Assembly: GCA_043228905.1 (NCBI GenBank)
Contig: JBHGNT010000002.1
Coordinates: forward strand, 7,874,001 to 7,938,000
Length of the DNA stretch: 64,000 nt
Direction of reading: 5' to 3'
From: Azolla caroliniana
Taxonomy: Eukaryota; Plantae; Polypodiophyta
A program made the translations under genes and the position numbers. The notes beneath the pieces are model-generated. The model worked only from the letters and a program-made list of their open reading frames with translations. It was not told where the DNA came from and did not search any database. This document shows, in pieces, positions 48,405-59,621 of this stretch. Within the stretch, counting starts at the first letter, position 1, and each line of letters opens with the position of its first letter.

Positions 48405-48649
48405 CCGGACGCTGCTTAAGCTGCTTCCTTCGTCCAGGTAGACGTCTTGTTGCAAACGGAGCAACTCCTCCGCCACTTTCTGGATCACTTTAGAAAATGA
48501 TCGATCCGATCAGATTTCTTCCGCTGCTTGCTAGAAAGCCTCCCGCCACCTTCGTTGTTCAGCAAGTCTTCGTGCTCTCTCTGTAACCGGGTCGTCTGTT
48601 GGCCTAGTCATCCATTCCCGCCGTTGTTCACTGCGATTGTGCAGGAATC

Positions 48650-48659
48650 GTGGTCGCCA
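48650..48659 (-). other. PBS of element D, tRNA-Arg type
   Basis: Minus strand TGGCGACCAC, 5 nt from the LTR end. Confidence 0.7.
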
Positions 48660-48664
48660 AAAAC

Positions 48665-49057
48665 TGTGTTAATCCTAGGGCCGGACAACAGCCTAACACA
48701 GGGTGTCCACTTAAGACACTTCACCAAACGGTGTTACGGCAGGATGACTTAGGACACAACGTTTAATCAGACCTTAATCAATTACTTAGCAACACATCAT
48801 TAACACGCGTAAGATATAACAATGAGTACAGAACGGTAATCAATACTGGAATTTTAAGGCAATAAGTTCTATTAATTATCTGCTCTCGATTACATTGTAA
48901 CCGGGCCTTTATATAGGTCTCCGGTGCGAAATACAAAACGGTGCCAACCGGCACCTTTTTGGGATCGGTCCGGATCCGGATCGGCATACCGATTCCGGTC
49001 CGTCCGTCCACATCTTCTCATATATTAATATATATATTAATACTACTAATTACAACA
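48665..49057 (-). repeat. Element D 5' LTR (~393 bp)
   Basis: tgtgttaat...attacaaca, TATA at ~48908-48914, adjacent to the PBS; no partner LTR available to confirm the outer end. Confidence 0.65.
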
Positions 49058-49128
49058 GTTCCCGAATAAACTATTCCTTTTCACACTCTGGTTTGGACCT
49101 CCTTAAGCCTTCTTGCCAGCTAGTAACA

Positions 49129-51154
49129 GCCTTCTTTAGATTTCCGATTTTGGTTCGGTTTGCTCCGACGATCAACATGTCATCTACATACAGTAGGAGT
49201 ATTAGGAAGTCACCTCCGTCAAATTTGTTCACGAACACGCAGTGGTCGGCTTGCATCTTGTGGTACCCTTGGTCGGTCATGAAGGAGTTGAACTTCTGGT
49301 ACCATTGCCGAGGAGCTTGCTTCAAACCGTATAGGCTCATCTTCAACCGGCATACTCGGTGCACCTTCCCTTTCTTCACAAATCCTTCCGGTTGCTACAT
49401 GTGGATTTCTTCTACGAGGTTGCCATAAAGGAACGCCATCTTGACGTCTAGCTACTCAAGCTCGAGGTTCATGCTTGTCGCTATGCTCAACACCGTCCGG
49501 ATGGAGGTCATCTTGACTATCGGGGCAGAGATCTCGTCAAAATCCACTCCTTTCTTCTGCTCGAACCCCTTCACTACGATCTGGGCTTTGTACCTTGGTA
49601 GATTTTCGACGTCTCCCGGTTTTAGCTTGTACACCCACATGTTCCGGAGTGCCCTCTTTCCTTTTGGCAACTTCGTCGGTTTGTACCTGTGGTACTCATG
49701 TAGGGAATCCATCTCGTCTTGCATGGCACTTAACCACTTGTGGATGTGGGTGTCTTGCTTTACTTCCTCAAAGCTGGCTGGCTCCTCCTCGTCAGTCAGC
49801 AACACATGTTCTGCATCTGGAAATCTCTAGGCGGGGGGGTTCTCTCTCTAAGGGGATATCTCCGACCTTCGTTTTCGGCAACCGGTTCTTCCGTCTATTC
49901 CTCATCCTCATTCGATTCGGGATCTTCTCCGGTTCCAGTGTCTTCTTCTTCTTCTTCTTCTTCTTCGGTTAGTTCGGTTTCTTGTTTGAATTCGACCGGT
50001 TCATCGAGTGTCATCTGGTTACCGGCTAACATCCAGTTTCCAACCGGGTAAGTCCTTGTGTCCTCAAACCAATTTCTGTTGATCGATCCAGATTCTATCA
50101 TCCTCTTCTCCGACTCCCAGTCATCAATGGTCTTGTCTTCCATGAAGACTATGTCCCGACTCCGGAACACTTTCTTGTCGACTGGATCCCACACCCGATA
50201 ACCAAACTCATCATCGCCGTATCCAAGGAATATGCATGGCCTGGACTTCGGATCCAACTTTTCTCTCTTGTACTTTGCAACATGCACATATGTGAGACAC
50301 CCGAACACCTTCATATGCCGGTAAGACATGTCTTTACCGGTCCATACTGTCTATGGCATGTCGAGGGTGACCTGTTAATCACATACATCACTGTCATTAG
50401 TGCCTCAGCCCAAAACTTCTTGGGTAACTTTGCATGTGGTCGCATGCTTCGTACTCTCTCCATTATGGTCTGATTCATCCGTTCGACCAGCCCATTGAAT
50501 TACGGCGTCTTCGGCACAGTGAATTCGACTCGGATTCCTCTTCGACCGGAAGTACTCCTCGAACTGCCCCTAGTATTCTCCTCTGCTATCTGCTCGAACC
50601 GCCTTGAGCTTCTGGCCAGTTTCTCTTTCCAGTCTCACGTGGAGCTCCTTGAAGACAGACAACACCTAATCCTTCGTCTTCAACGGAGAGACCCACAACT
50701 TCCGGCTATGGTTGTCTACGAACGTCACGAAGGAGGTTCGGTTTTGCTTGCCATCCAAACAATCAGTGCACTTCTCGAGATGCACGTCTTTCACCTCCGG
50801 AATGAGGTTATCTTTGGCAAGTCTTCTCATCCCCTTCAAGCTGATATGACACAATCTCTTATGTCACAGCTCACCGGCATTGTCGGATGCTATGTTCACA
50901 TCTTCCCATCATATCCGGGCATGCATAAGGTACAATGTGTTGATCTTCCGGGCTCGAGCCACAATCAAGCTTCCCTTGCTGAACTTCATGAATCCGTTCT
51001 AGATGCTACCCGTGTAGCCTTCATCATCTAGCTGACCGGCTGATATTAGCTTCAACCAAACATCTGGAATGTGCCGGACATCTTTCAGCAGCAACTTGCA
51101 TTCAGTTGATGTCGTCAACAACACATCTCCTATGCCGATGATTGGGTAGGTACC
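49129..51154 (-). mobile_element. Degenerate Ty1/copia internal fragment E (pre-integrase, INT, RT N-terminal half; Tnt1-like)
   Basis: FVTFVDNHSRKLWV, KLDPKSRPCIFLGYG, EPASFEE, KGFEQKKGVDFDE, SLYGLKQAPRQW, LYVDDML. Confidence 0.85.
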
Positions 51155-52331
51155 TGTTGTGAAATCGTTTGCGGAATTAAATCAGAATGAACAGACAATG
51201 TTGAAATACGAATTACAAAAATGTGCCAAGAAAAGACACGATGAACAATGGTGCACAGAGATTTACGTGGAAACCCTAAAACGGGGAAAACCAAGGGTGC
51301 ACAGATTTCTTCACTATACAAAGTGGATATACAACACCGAGAGGAATACAACACTCTGTCGAGTGTATCAGCTGCACAGGGCTCTTCGCGTCTGTTGTTA
51401 CTCACACAGCTATGGCGTGACTCTCACTCCTCTCTCACTCTCTATCTTTCTGTTTCTACTGTTTTAACTCTGTTCCTCTCACTAACACACAAACTAAAAG
51501 GTTTCCCTAGTTGCATATAAACTTACGCAACTTTCTGGTTATTTACATACGTAGCCCTCATGGAGCGCACACTTAGACTATTTACAAGTATAGTCTCCCG
51601 AGTTGTCTATTTACATGATTCCGGTTTCGGCCAACTCGGCTCCTCGACTGTCGGCTTTCCGAACGGTCAGATCTTCCTCCCACTGGAGGGACATATCCCA
51701 ACAAACTCCCCCTTCACTCTTGTGGGAGGAAATCTGTCAGTCCTGTATTCTCTCGACAGACTCTGAGTCTGTCCATAGCTAGGTTCTTCATCAGCATGTC
51801 GGATCCATTGTTGTCAGTATGGATCTTTTCAAGAGCACATTCTCCCTCTTTGACTCTCTCCCGTAACCGGTGATACCTTCTTTGTATGTGCTTGGTCCAG
51901 GAGTGGTATGCCGCGTTCTTGGCTAGGTGTATGACACTTTGGCTGTAACAATGGAGCAAGAACTCCTCTTGCTTCGTGCCTAGTTCTGTCATCCAGATCA
52001 GCTCTTTTCCGGCTTCTACCACTGCCATATACTCTGACTCTGTAGTCGACAAGGCTACAGACTTCTGCAGTCGTGACTGCTACGACACTGCTCGCAGTAC
52101 ATAGGTCATCACGTACCCTGACGTGGATCGGCTCGAGTCTACATCTCTTGACATGTCTGAATCAGCAAAACCTTCCAGCACAGGTTTTCTGACACCATAC
52201 CTTAGGCACACACTTGAGGTGCCCTTTAAGTACCTGAGAATCCACTTCACTGTTGCCCAGTGTTCTCTCCCTGGATTACTCATATATCGGCTTACTGCTC
52301 CCACAACAAATGATATGTCCGGTCTCGTACA
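51155..52331 (-). mobile_element. Ty1/copia 3' fragment F: RT end and RNase H, PPT (51704-51714) and 3' LTR (51155-51703)
   Basis: CTRPDIS...FADSD...STTESEY...KHIQRRYH; GAAGGGGGAG PPT followed by a tgttg...caaca LTR. Confidence 0.85.
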
Positions 52332-53352
52332 GAGTGTGAATAATGAACTTCAACAAGCTTTCCCAATAACTGACCTTGGTCCAATGAAGTATTTCCTTGG
52401 AATGAACCTACAAAGCGATCGTGCCAAAGGAACCATTTCTCTTTCTCAAACTCAATACATTGAAAGTGTATTAAATCATTTTGACATGCTACAGTGCAAG
52501 CCTATGTCTACACCAATTTAAACTCCATGCAAATTATCAACCAAAGATGCTCCTACCACTATTAAAGAACGAAATGAGATGCTTAATGTTCCTTACAAGC
52601 AAATTCTTGGATGTATACGCTACCTTGTTAGTTGTACACATCCCTATTTATGTTTCACCGCTAGAATTCTTTCGAGATTTATGTAGGATCTTGGACTGAA
52701 ACATTGACAAACGTTAAAACAACTACTACGTTACCTACAACAAAATGAAAGATATGGTGTTAACTTACGCCAGATCGCAATCAAAGTCCATCAGCATGAA
52801 CCTTGAAGGATGGACCAATCCATCAAAAGTATCTAGATGGACAGACTCGAATCGGGGGGGAGATATTGATGGTCATAAGTCAACAAGTGGCTTTGTAATT
52901 GTCTTGCTAGAGCTGCTATAGCATGGAGGTCTAAGAAGCAAACAAAGGTCACACTATCTTCAACGAAAGCCAAATATGTAGTTGCCGCACTCACTCCTAA
53001 ACAAGGAATATGGATTCATTCTATACTTCAAGAACTTAACTTCTTCAAGACTTTAAATCTAATCCTTCATTATGATAATCATCATGTATAAAGGTAGCAT
53101 GTAATCCAAAAATGAGTGATAATATTTTAGCATGTCTCTTTCAAGCATCACTTTCTACGAGACTTAATCAGAGAGAAGAAACTAGATTTGAAGTATGCAC
53201 CTACAACACTTATGTGGGCCGATTTTGTAAAAAGACAATACCTCAAACAAAGCATATCGTTTGTTGCCAAAAGATTGGTCTAACCATGCCAAATCATTCT
53301 TCAAATGACAATAGTTTTGAATAAAAGAATATTTAGACTAAGGGGGGGGGAG
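52332..53352 (+). mobile_element. Highly degenerate Ty1/copia RT-RNase H fragment G ending in a PPT
   Basis: FPITDLGPMKYFLG, PYKQILG, WRSKKQ..LSSTKAKY remnants; polypurine agggggggggag at 53341-53352. Confidence 0.75.
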
Positions 53353-53483
53353 TTGGAAATATTTAATCTAAATATTATATTTATTTATTATATTAGAAAC
53401 AACTATTTATTTAAGAAGAGTTATTTGTATAGTTGTCGAATTCTACATCAGCAATAGAGCCATCCTTAATCCACCTCCGATTC

Positions 53484-54010
53484 CATGAGTAGTAGTCTTG
53501 CCCATAGATTGCATACCTTGCAACCTCCTTTGTCTAGTGCTCTTGTTCTAGTACATCAAACACTATCAACCCTATAATGTGGAGATGGTGAATCGTAACA
53601 GAAATACTAGCATTTATTATACGATGAACAACACCACCAATTTGACCACCAACATTGTTTCATTTGCTCTGCTTGTTAGATTCCAGATAGTTATCCTTAA
53701 GTATGCCTACCATGTCCCTACTCTCTAATAATTCTGTGACTGTAATACCTAAGAATAAAGAACCTTAATATCATAAATCTAATGTAGAAAATAATATGTA
53801 CCATCTGTGTTGTTGTTAGTGTCATGCATGCCCATACATTTGGATGGTTCAGATAACATAATTAAATTGTATGATATCAAAATTTATAACTATGAGTGAA
53901 TAAGTTAAATACTTATCCACGCTATTGTCCGATAACTATTCAAGATACTTGTTTATATCTATCTTTTGGGAGGAAAGCCTAATGTTAGATTTAGCTGGGA
54001 TGCATGCTCT
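53484..54010 (+). pseudogene. Decayed paralog of the 3' half and 3' UTR of ORF 54859-55623
   Basis: Collinear similarity to 55395-55881 (gtcttgcccatag, tacatcaaaca, tatgcctaccat, cataattaaattgtatgata, tttagctgggatgcatgct); contains stops. Confidence 0.75.
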
Positions 54011-54701
54011 CTGCCAAAGTTAGGCAGCATAGCCTAGTCTAGGATTGTATATAGGAAAATCACCAATCCAGTTGAAAGAGTGAGGATTGTGGAAATGGCG
54101 ATACAGAAGACAAAATACGAAGACAAACGAGGATTGTTGAAGCAATGACTGACAAGTTTCTTAGCAATTGCAAGTATCTATTCTCTTCTAGGTGTCCCCA
54201 ATCATTTGCATCTATGTCCACTGTATAATCTATCCCGAATTAAGGTAGACACGATGTTGAATATGCAGTATTGAGCCTTGTTAACTTTTGTTCTAAGCCT
54301 AAGGATAATCAATAGGGGCCACAAGCTGCAAAACTATGATATAGATAATAAGCCAAGATCACCAAATTTGAATATCCATGTTAATGCAACAAATTTATAC
54401 ATTATGGGTACAATGCTTCTTATGGATAATTTAATTTCTCTTCAAGAAAAACATAAAGAAGCAACGTGGAGAGATGAGGCCGACCCTTCTAGTTCAAACT
54501 ATCACGGTAGAAGCTTCAAAGATGATGTTGATTTCGACGAAAATAAGATAATGACAAAACAAGAAGACAATTAATAGAACAATAAAGACATGAATTAGTA
54601 CTTCCTAGTGACCAAGATGACAAGGGGGCTTCAAAGTAAAGCTATATATATTTTTAAAATAAAAAATAGAGAATATATTATATGGAGAGTGAGAGAGAAA
54701 G

Positions 54702-54810
54702 AAAATTTAGCCCATGAGACAATTAGTTTAGAACAAAATAGGGTGTTAACTTGGTCGTCAAAAATAAAAATAAAAATAAATAGAGATTAACCTAAAAATG
54801 TTGTAGTGTT
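54702..54810 (-). mobile_element. Short LINE 3'-UTR fragment related to the LINE at 2553-6121
   Basis: aaatttagcccatgagacaattagtttagaacaaaa versus aaatttggcccatgagacaattggtttacaacaaaa at ~2598-2633. Confidence 0.65.
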
Positions 54811-54858
54811 GAAAAGCGTCTCTAGATGGTTGAATGTCCTTCATGTCTAGATGGATAA

Positions 54859-55623
54859 ATGTCCTTCCTTAACAAACCAAACCACCACTCCCCTCCTCCT
54901 TCTCCTGCTCCTCTTGCTCTAGCTATTGCGACAATTAGCCTCAATTGTATCTTTACATTTCCAATCCTACGCCTTGGTACTCCTGCCCAACCTCACCATA
55001 TGCTATCCATAAGAGAAGCCGCCACGGATTCATCTGTGCTGCTTGATGGTATTATTACATCACTAGAGGAGGAGGAGGAGGAGGAGGATATACCTCAGTG
55101 TCCTGACCTTATTTTATCCATAGATGAGGCAGCCATACCTAGCCAATCTGATAGTGTCATGTCAATAGATGAGGCCGGTCTCCATGATCGGGCCAACTTA
55201 CGTCCCCCGCGGCCTCACCATATAGCGCGAGCGCGAGGGGGAAGCCGGCGTCCGAGACCCACCAAAATTACGCAGCTAAAACAAGTGGCTCGGATGGTTG
55301 CAGTGTACATACATGTAGAGATGGCTGTTCTGACGTTCGTGGCTCAACAACCTAACCCTAATTATTCCTTCTTCTTCTTCTTCTTCTTCTGGCTGGTCTT
55401 GCCCATAGCTACCATACCTTTCGTCCTCCTCTGTCTAGCACTCCTCTTCTGCTACATCAAACATTGTCAGTCCTATAATGCACAGATGATGGTGAGTCGC
55501 CGTCAGCCTTATAAAACCAGTTTGACCGCCGGCATCATTTCATTCGTCGTCCTGATTGTCGGATTCCAGGCGGCTGTACTCATGTATGCCTACCATACCA
55601 CTACCCGGCCCTCTAAATCATGA
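54859..55623 (+). CDS. Hypothetical membrane protein (up to 254 aa; acidic repeats plus ~3 C-terminal hydrophobic helices), intronless
   Basis: Only long non-TE ORF. Three SI(R/D)EA repeats, poly-E, hydrophobic segments; AATAAA at ~55638. A paralogous copy nearby. No recognised domain; the start could be the Met at 55000. Confidence 0.45.
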   Translation: MSFLNKPNHHSPPPSPAPLALAIATISLNCIFTFPILRLGTPAQPHHMLSIREAATDSSVLLDGIITSLEEEEEEEDIPQCPDLILSIDEAAIPSQSDSVMSIDEAGLHDRANLRPPRPHHIARARGGSRRPRPTKITQLKQVARMVAVYIHVEMAVLTFVAQQPNPNYSFFFFFFFWLVLPIATIPFVLLCLALLFCYIKHCQSYNAQMMVSRRQPYKTSLTAGIISFVVLIVGFQAAVLMYAYHTTTRPSKS

Positions 55624-56381
55624 CTGTTCTACCTAGCAATAAACAGCCTTACTATCGTCAAATCTAAAGTAAAAAATATTTGGTACCATCTATGCATGAC
55701 CATACATCATTTTGGATGGTTCCGACTTTGCATAATTAAATTGTATGATAGCAGAATTTATATCTAATAATGAATGAATAAGACAATACTTATCCATTGC
55801 TATTGTCTAATAACCCTTTTACATATATCTAACTTTTGGGAGGAGAGTCTAATAATGTTGAATTTAGCTGGGATGCATGCTTTGTGATCTTCATACATTA
55901 TATCCTCGGTATTATCTTGCTCTTGTATAACATCCTAAATAGTTAGTGTAAACATCATGCTTGCAACAGCACATTACATTAAATTAATGTATCCATCAAT
56001 TGGAATCGACATTAATTCTTACATAACATCCATAGTGTGCACTTCTAATTTTAGCTAAATTGAGATTTTTATTTGTAAAACAGGTATCGGACTGGACTGC
56101 ATTCAGAATTAGTTTGTGCGATTCGGAACTGCATTGGATCAGAATTTTGTTTGTATATCTAGCTGGAATGAATTTGATTACGGTTTAGATTGAATAAGTT
56201 CAAGTTGACTGGTTTCAGGAATTATGTCTTTAATCCAGAATAAATTAGATTAAGGATTTGTTCGAAGTTCAAAGAACCCGTAATTATATTCTTCGCATAG
56301 GTAGAGTGGATTCCATCAAGAATCCATACGCACAACCCCAAATTGGATTAAGCTATATTGGATTGGATTAGGTTAACAAAT

Positions 56382-57576
56382 TGATATATAAATATAAAGA
56401 TATAAGAGACGGCTGATAACCACCTACAAGGTAAGTGTCGAATTGGTTGAGTGCCGATTGGGGTGAAAAGGGAAAAAGATATAATTAAGTATATTAACAT
56501 ATACCTATTTACAAATATATACACATATGTGTGGACAGGTATGTATGTATGTTTTATTATGCTCTTTTGGTGTGTCTTTTCTATATATGTTCAGGTGTGA
56601 AAACAGATACGAAAAGAGACATTACTCTACAAGGTTGAAGGAAGAGGGGCAGACACAAAACAACGTGATAGAGAGCAGAAAAACAGCAGATAAGAAACGA
56701 AAGAGGGCACTAAAAAAGAAGTGAGATAGAACTCAGAGATTGAGACACCGAGTGAGAGAGAGAACACACAAAGAGAAACAGAAAATAGTGAAGAAAACAG
56801 AAAACGAAAGAGAACAAGAGGAAGAGTGTTCTACGAAGTGGAGGAGACAGAGACCTATGAGGAGTTGGTCGTGCTGACAGAGAACCATGACTATGCAACA
56901 CCTCTCCTATCTACTCGCATCAGGTTACTTCGTTTCATGGTTGTTTTCTTGTTTCCAATTTTGCTAGTTTTTCTATCCACCTAGTTGGGTGAAGAATTGT
57001 AAGGTTATTTTCTTTGGTTTATCCACCCAATCAGGTGAGGATCGTAGCCAAGGTTGTTGCCTTGAAGCTAATATATTTCCTCTAGACAAAAACCTAGAGA
57101 GACTAGCACATTCAGATCATCCAGATGAATCCGGTGTAAACCAGAAATAGGGACATATTTGTAAATAGGTTTCCTATGGGCCGTTGAGGCTACATTTGTA
57201 AATAGACATGAAGTTATATAAGTATAAATATAACTTAGGGCAATCATAATTTGTGAGGTAGTTATTATAGTGTGTGCGGCTATTGTACAGTGTGAAAAAG
57301 AGACACAGAAGGAGAGAGTGAGACAAAGCAACACACAGAAAGTTGTTTCTATTGTAACCGTCATTAATGGGCAAAGGAAGAGCTCGAGGTCATTGCCTCT
57401 GAGTCTTTCTTTGTAACCTTTCTTTGTGCAGTGGAATAGTTCAGAGTCTGTGGACTCCCGTGGTTTTTCCCAATTAGGGTTTTCTACATTAATATCTATT
57501 TCGTGCATTGTTTCTTCTTTGCATCTTCCATTGTGTGATTAAAACTCGATTGTAGCCAAGCATCATTTCCTTATCA
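56382..57576 (+). mobile_element. Probable solo LTR (~1.2 kb)
   Basis: TGATA...TATCA termini, near-TSD caaat/ctaat, and U5-like ccgtggtttttccc...agggttt motif resembling that in the LTR at 51155-51703. Confidence 0.5.
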
Positions 57577-57599
57577 CTAATAGGAGAAGTGGGTTGTCA

Positions 57600-57850
57600 A
57601 TTGGGAGAATCGGTAGTCGAAATCGGGTTGGTCGGCTAGATCGACTAATGAGTCGACTTGGTAGTCGACTAAGTGGAGAAAATGCAGAGCCGAGTGGTCG
57701 AGTCAACCAAGTCGACTAGAGAGAGAGAAAATTTGGGAATCAATTGATTTGGAGGCCGCCTTGACTGGTTGGATGAAGGCATAGGAGCCGACTAGTTGAA
57801 TCGACTAGATTGTCGACTTGCGGTTCAAATAGTCAAGTTGACTAGTCTAC
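57600..57850. repeat. Cluster of short GTCGACT(A/T)G motifs, probably the leader or LTR region of the adjacent copia
   Basis: About ten agtcgac/tcgactag-like units within 250 bp. Confidence 0.45.
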
Positions 57851-58047
57851 CAATGAACTACTATTATTATAAGATAATAATAATAACTTATTCCTTCTAT
57901 AAATATGTGGAGCTAGGGCAAACTTTAAGTGCTAGAAGGTGTAGAACATTGTTGAATATAGTGAGAGGGAAAAACAGAGAGTAGTAAGGGGATATGAGTG
58001 AGAGAGAAGGAAAGCATAGTGAGTGATACTCGCCATCAAAACCCTAA

Positions 58048-59621
58048 GTGGTGGATACTATGTTCTGCAGAGCTTGTAAATCGACACCCAGGAGATTTGG
58101 ACGAGTCCGAAGGCCGACAAAGTTCTATCAATCGGGCTTAAACTACATCAACTACATGGAATCAAGTGAACCGAGCTCCTACAAGGAAGCCATAGCCATG
58201 CTAGATGCCAACGCATGGCTACAAGCCATGGAATCCGAAATGGACTCCATTCATCAAAACCAAAGATGGGAGTTAGTCAAACTACCACCCAACAAGAAGC
58301 CATTACCCTATAAATGGGGTCTTTAGATACAAATACATATCCAATTCAAAGAATCCCAAATACAAAGCTCAAATCTTCGCGAAGGGATTAAAACAAGAAC
58401 ATGGGGTTGATGATGATGCGACATTCTCTGCAGTAGTCAGGATGACCAACCATCGGCTCCTACTCGAAATCGTGGCAACTGCAAACCTAGGGCTCAAGAA
58501 GATGGACGTAAAGACGACATTCCTACTCGGAGACTTGGAAGAAGGCATTTACATGTCCCAACTGGCAAGCTTCACGACGATGGGGCAAGAAGGTCACCTC
58601 GTATGGCGACTGAAGAAGAGCCTATATAGACTAAAGTAAGCATACATCTGGCACATTGTCTACATCCAGTCCAACTCCAATCCATGCTTCTATATTCAAC
58701 AATTAGTTGATGCGGGATCTGAGTACTAAGTTGTAAAACATAGTCAGTACTTGTGCATGTGGGATGACAGTACTAAGTTGTAAAATAAGGGTACTTTACA
58801 AGGCGTTGAACCATAGTCAGTACTTATGCATGTGGGATGATACTACTAAGTTGTAAAATAAGGATACTTTTCAAGGCTTTGAACCATACATACAACAGTT
58901 ACACCATAATAGAAGAGAAAGTTCAATGAGAAGATGCCCTATGTCCCAGCTATAGGAAGCATGATGTATGCATTGGTGGCGACTCGACCTGATCAGACCT
59001 CACATATGTCATAGGAGTTGTCATCCGATACATGTCGAACCTAGGACGGAAGCCTTGGGAAGCTGTGAAGCACATCCATAGATACCTACAAGGCATTGAG
59101 GATGCACAACTGACTTTTGGATTGGCAAATCTGACCGAAGTTGAAGGCTACACCGACTCTGACTATGCCAAAAACTCTGACAATCCAAAGTCAACATCAA
59201 GCTACATGTTCACCTATGGTGGCGGTGCTATATCATGGAGATCGAAACTTCAACAACACATGGTCCTGTCAACCATAGAGGCCGAGTACATAACAACATC
59301 GGGGACAGCGAAAGAAGCGATCTGGCTACACCGACTGACTACTAACTTCTCGGCTACGAGCCGAATCGATCAACCAGCACTAACCATCGATTGTGACTCA
59401 TAGAGCGGAATACACCTCATTCGAAACCCAATCTATCATGCAAAGACGAAATACATTGAGGTGCAGTTCCATCATATCTAGGAGCTTGTAAAAGAAAAGA
59501 AGCTCCAAGTTCGGAAGATCGACACCAAGGCAGACATCGTCGATTGCCTGACGAAGCCAATCCCATAACAATGCTTCAAAGCTCTAAGGACAAGGATGAG
59601 ACTACGAAATGTGACCAAGTA
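58048..59621 (+). mobile_element. Degenerate Ty1/copia RT-RNase H fragment H
   Basis: EPSSYKEA, MDVKTTFL, LKKSLY, GYTDSDYA, AISWRSKLQ, LSTIEAEY; many stops. Confidence 0.85.
58739..58887. repeat. 73-bp tandem repeat (2 copies plus a partial copy) replacing part of the copia H RT
   Basis: catagtcagtacttRtgcatgtgggatga...tactaagttgtaaaataagg...ttgaac occurs twice. Confidence 0.75.

Larger units (their letters stand above)
13658..49057 (-). mobile_element. Ty3/gypsy element D (Athila/Tat-related non-chromovirus) in four pieces: 13658-15095, 22040-24670, 25562-28449, 48405-49057; 3' LTR lost
   Basis: Reading frames rejoin after removing inserts plus one TSD (GFIRPV|KKSTWLSP; EFDHV|YPRPP). gag ~26870-28449, PR IVIDGG, RT FLDD, RH VFVDASD, INT SDQG...YYPQANG...WTGPY. 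PBS TGGCGACCAC at 48650-48659; 5' LTR 48665-49057. Confidence 0.85.

Noticed and set aside
54278-54790. Short ORFs upstream of the orphan gene as extra exons
   Set aside because: AT-rich, no motif or splice support, and partly overlapping a LINE 3' fragment.
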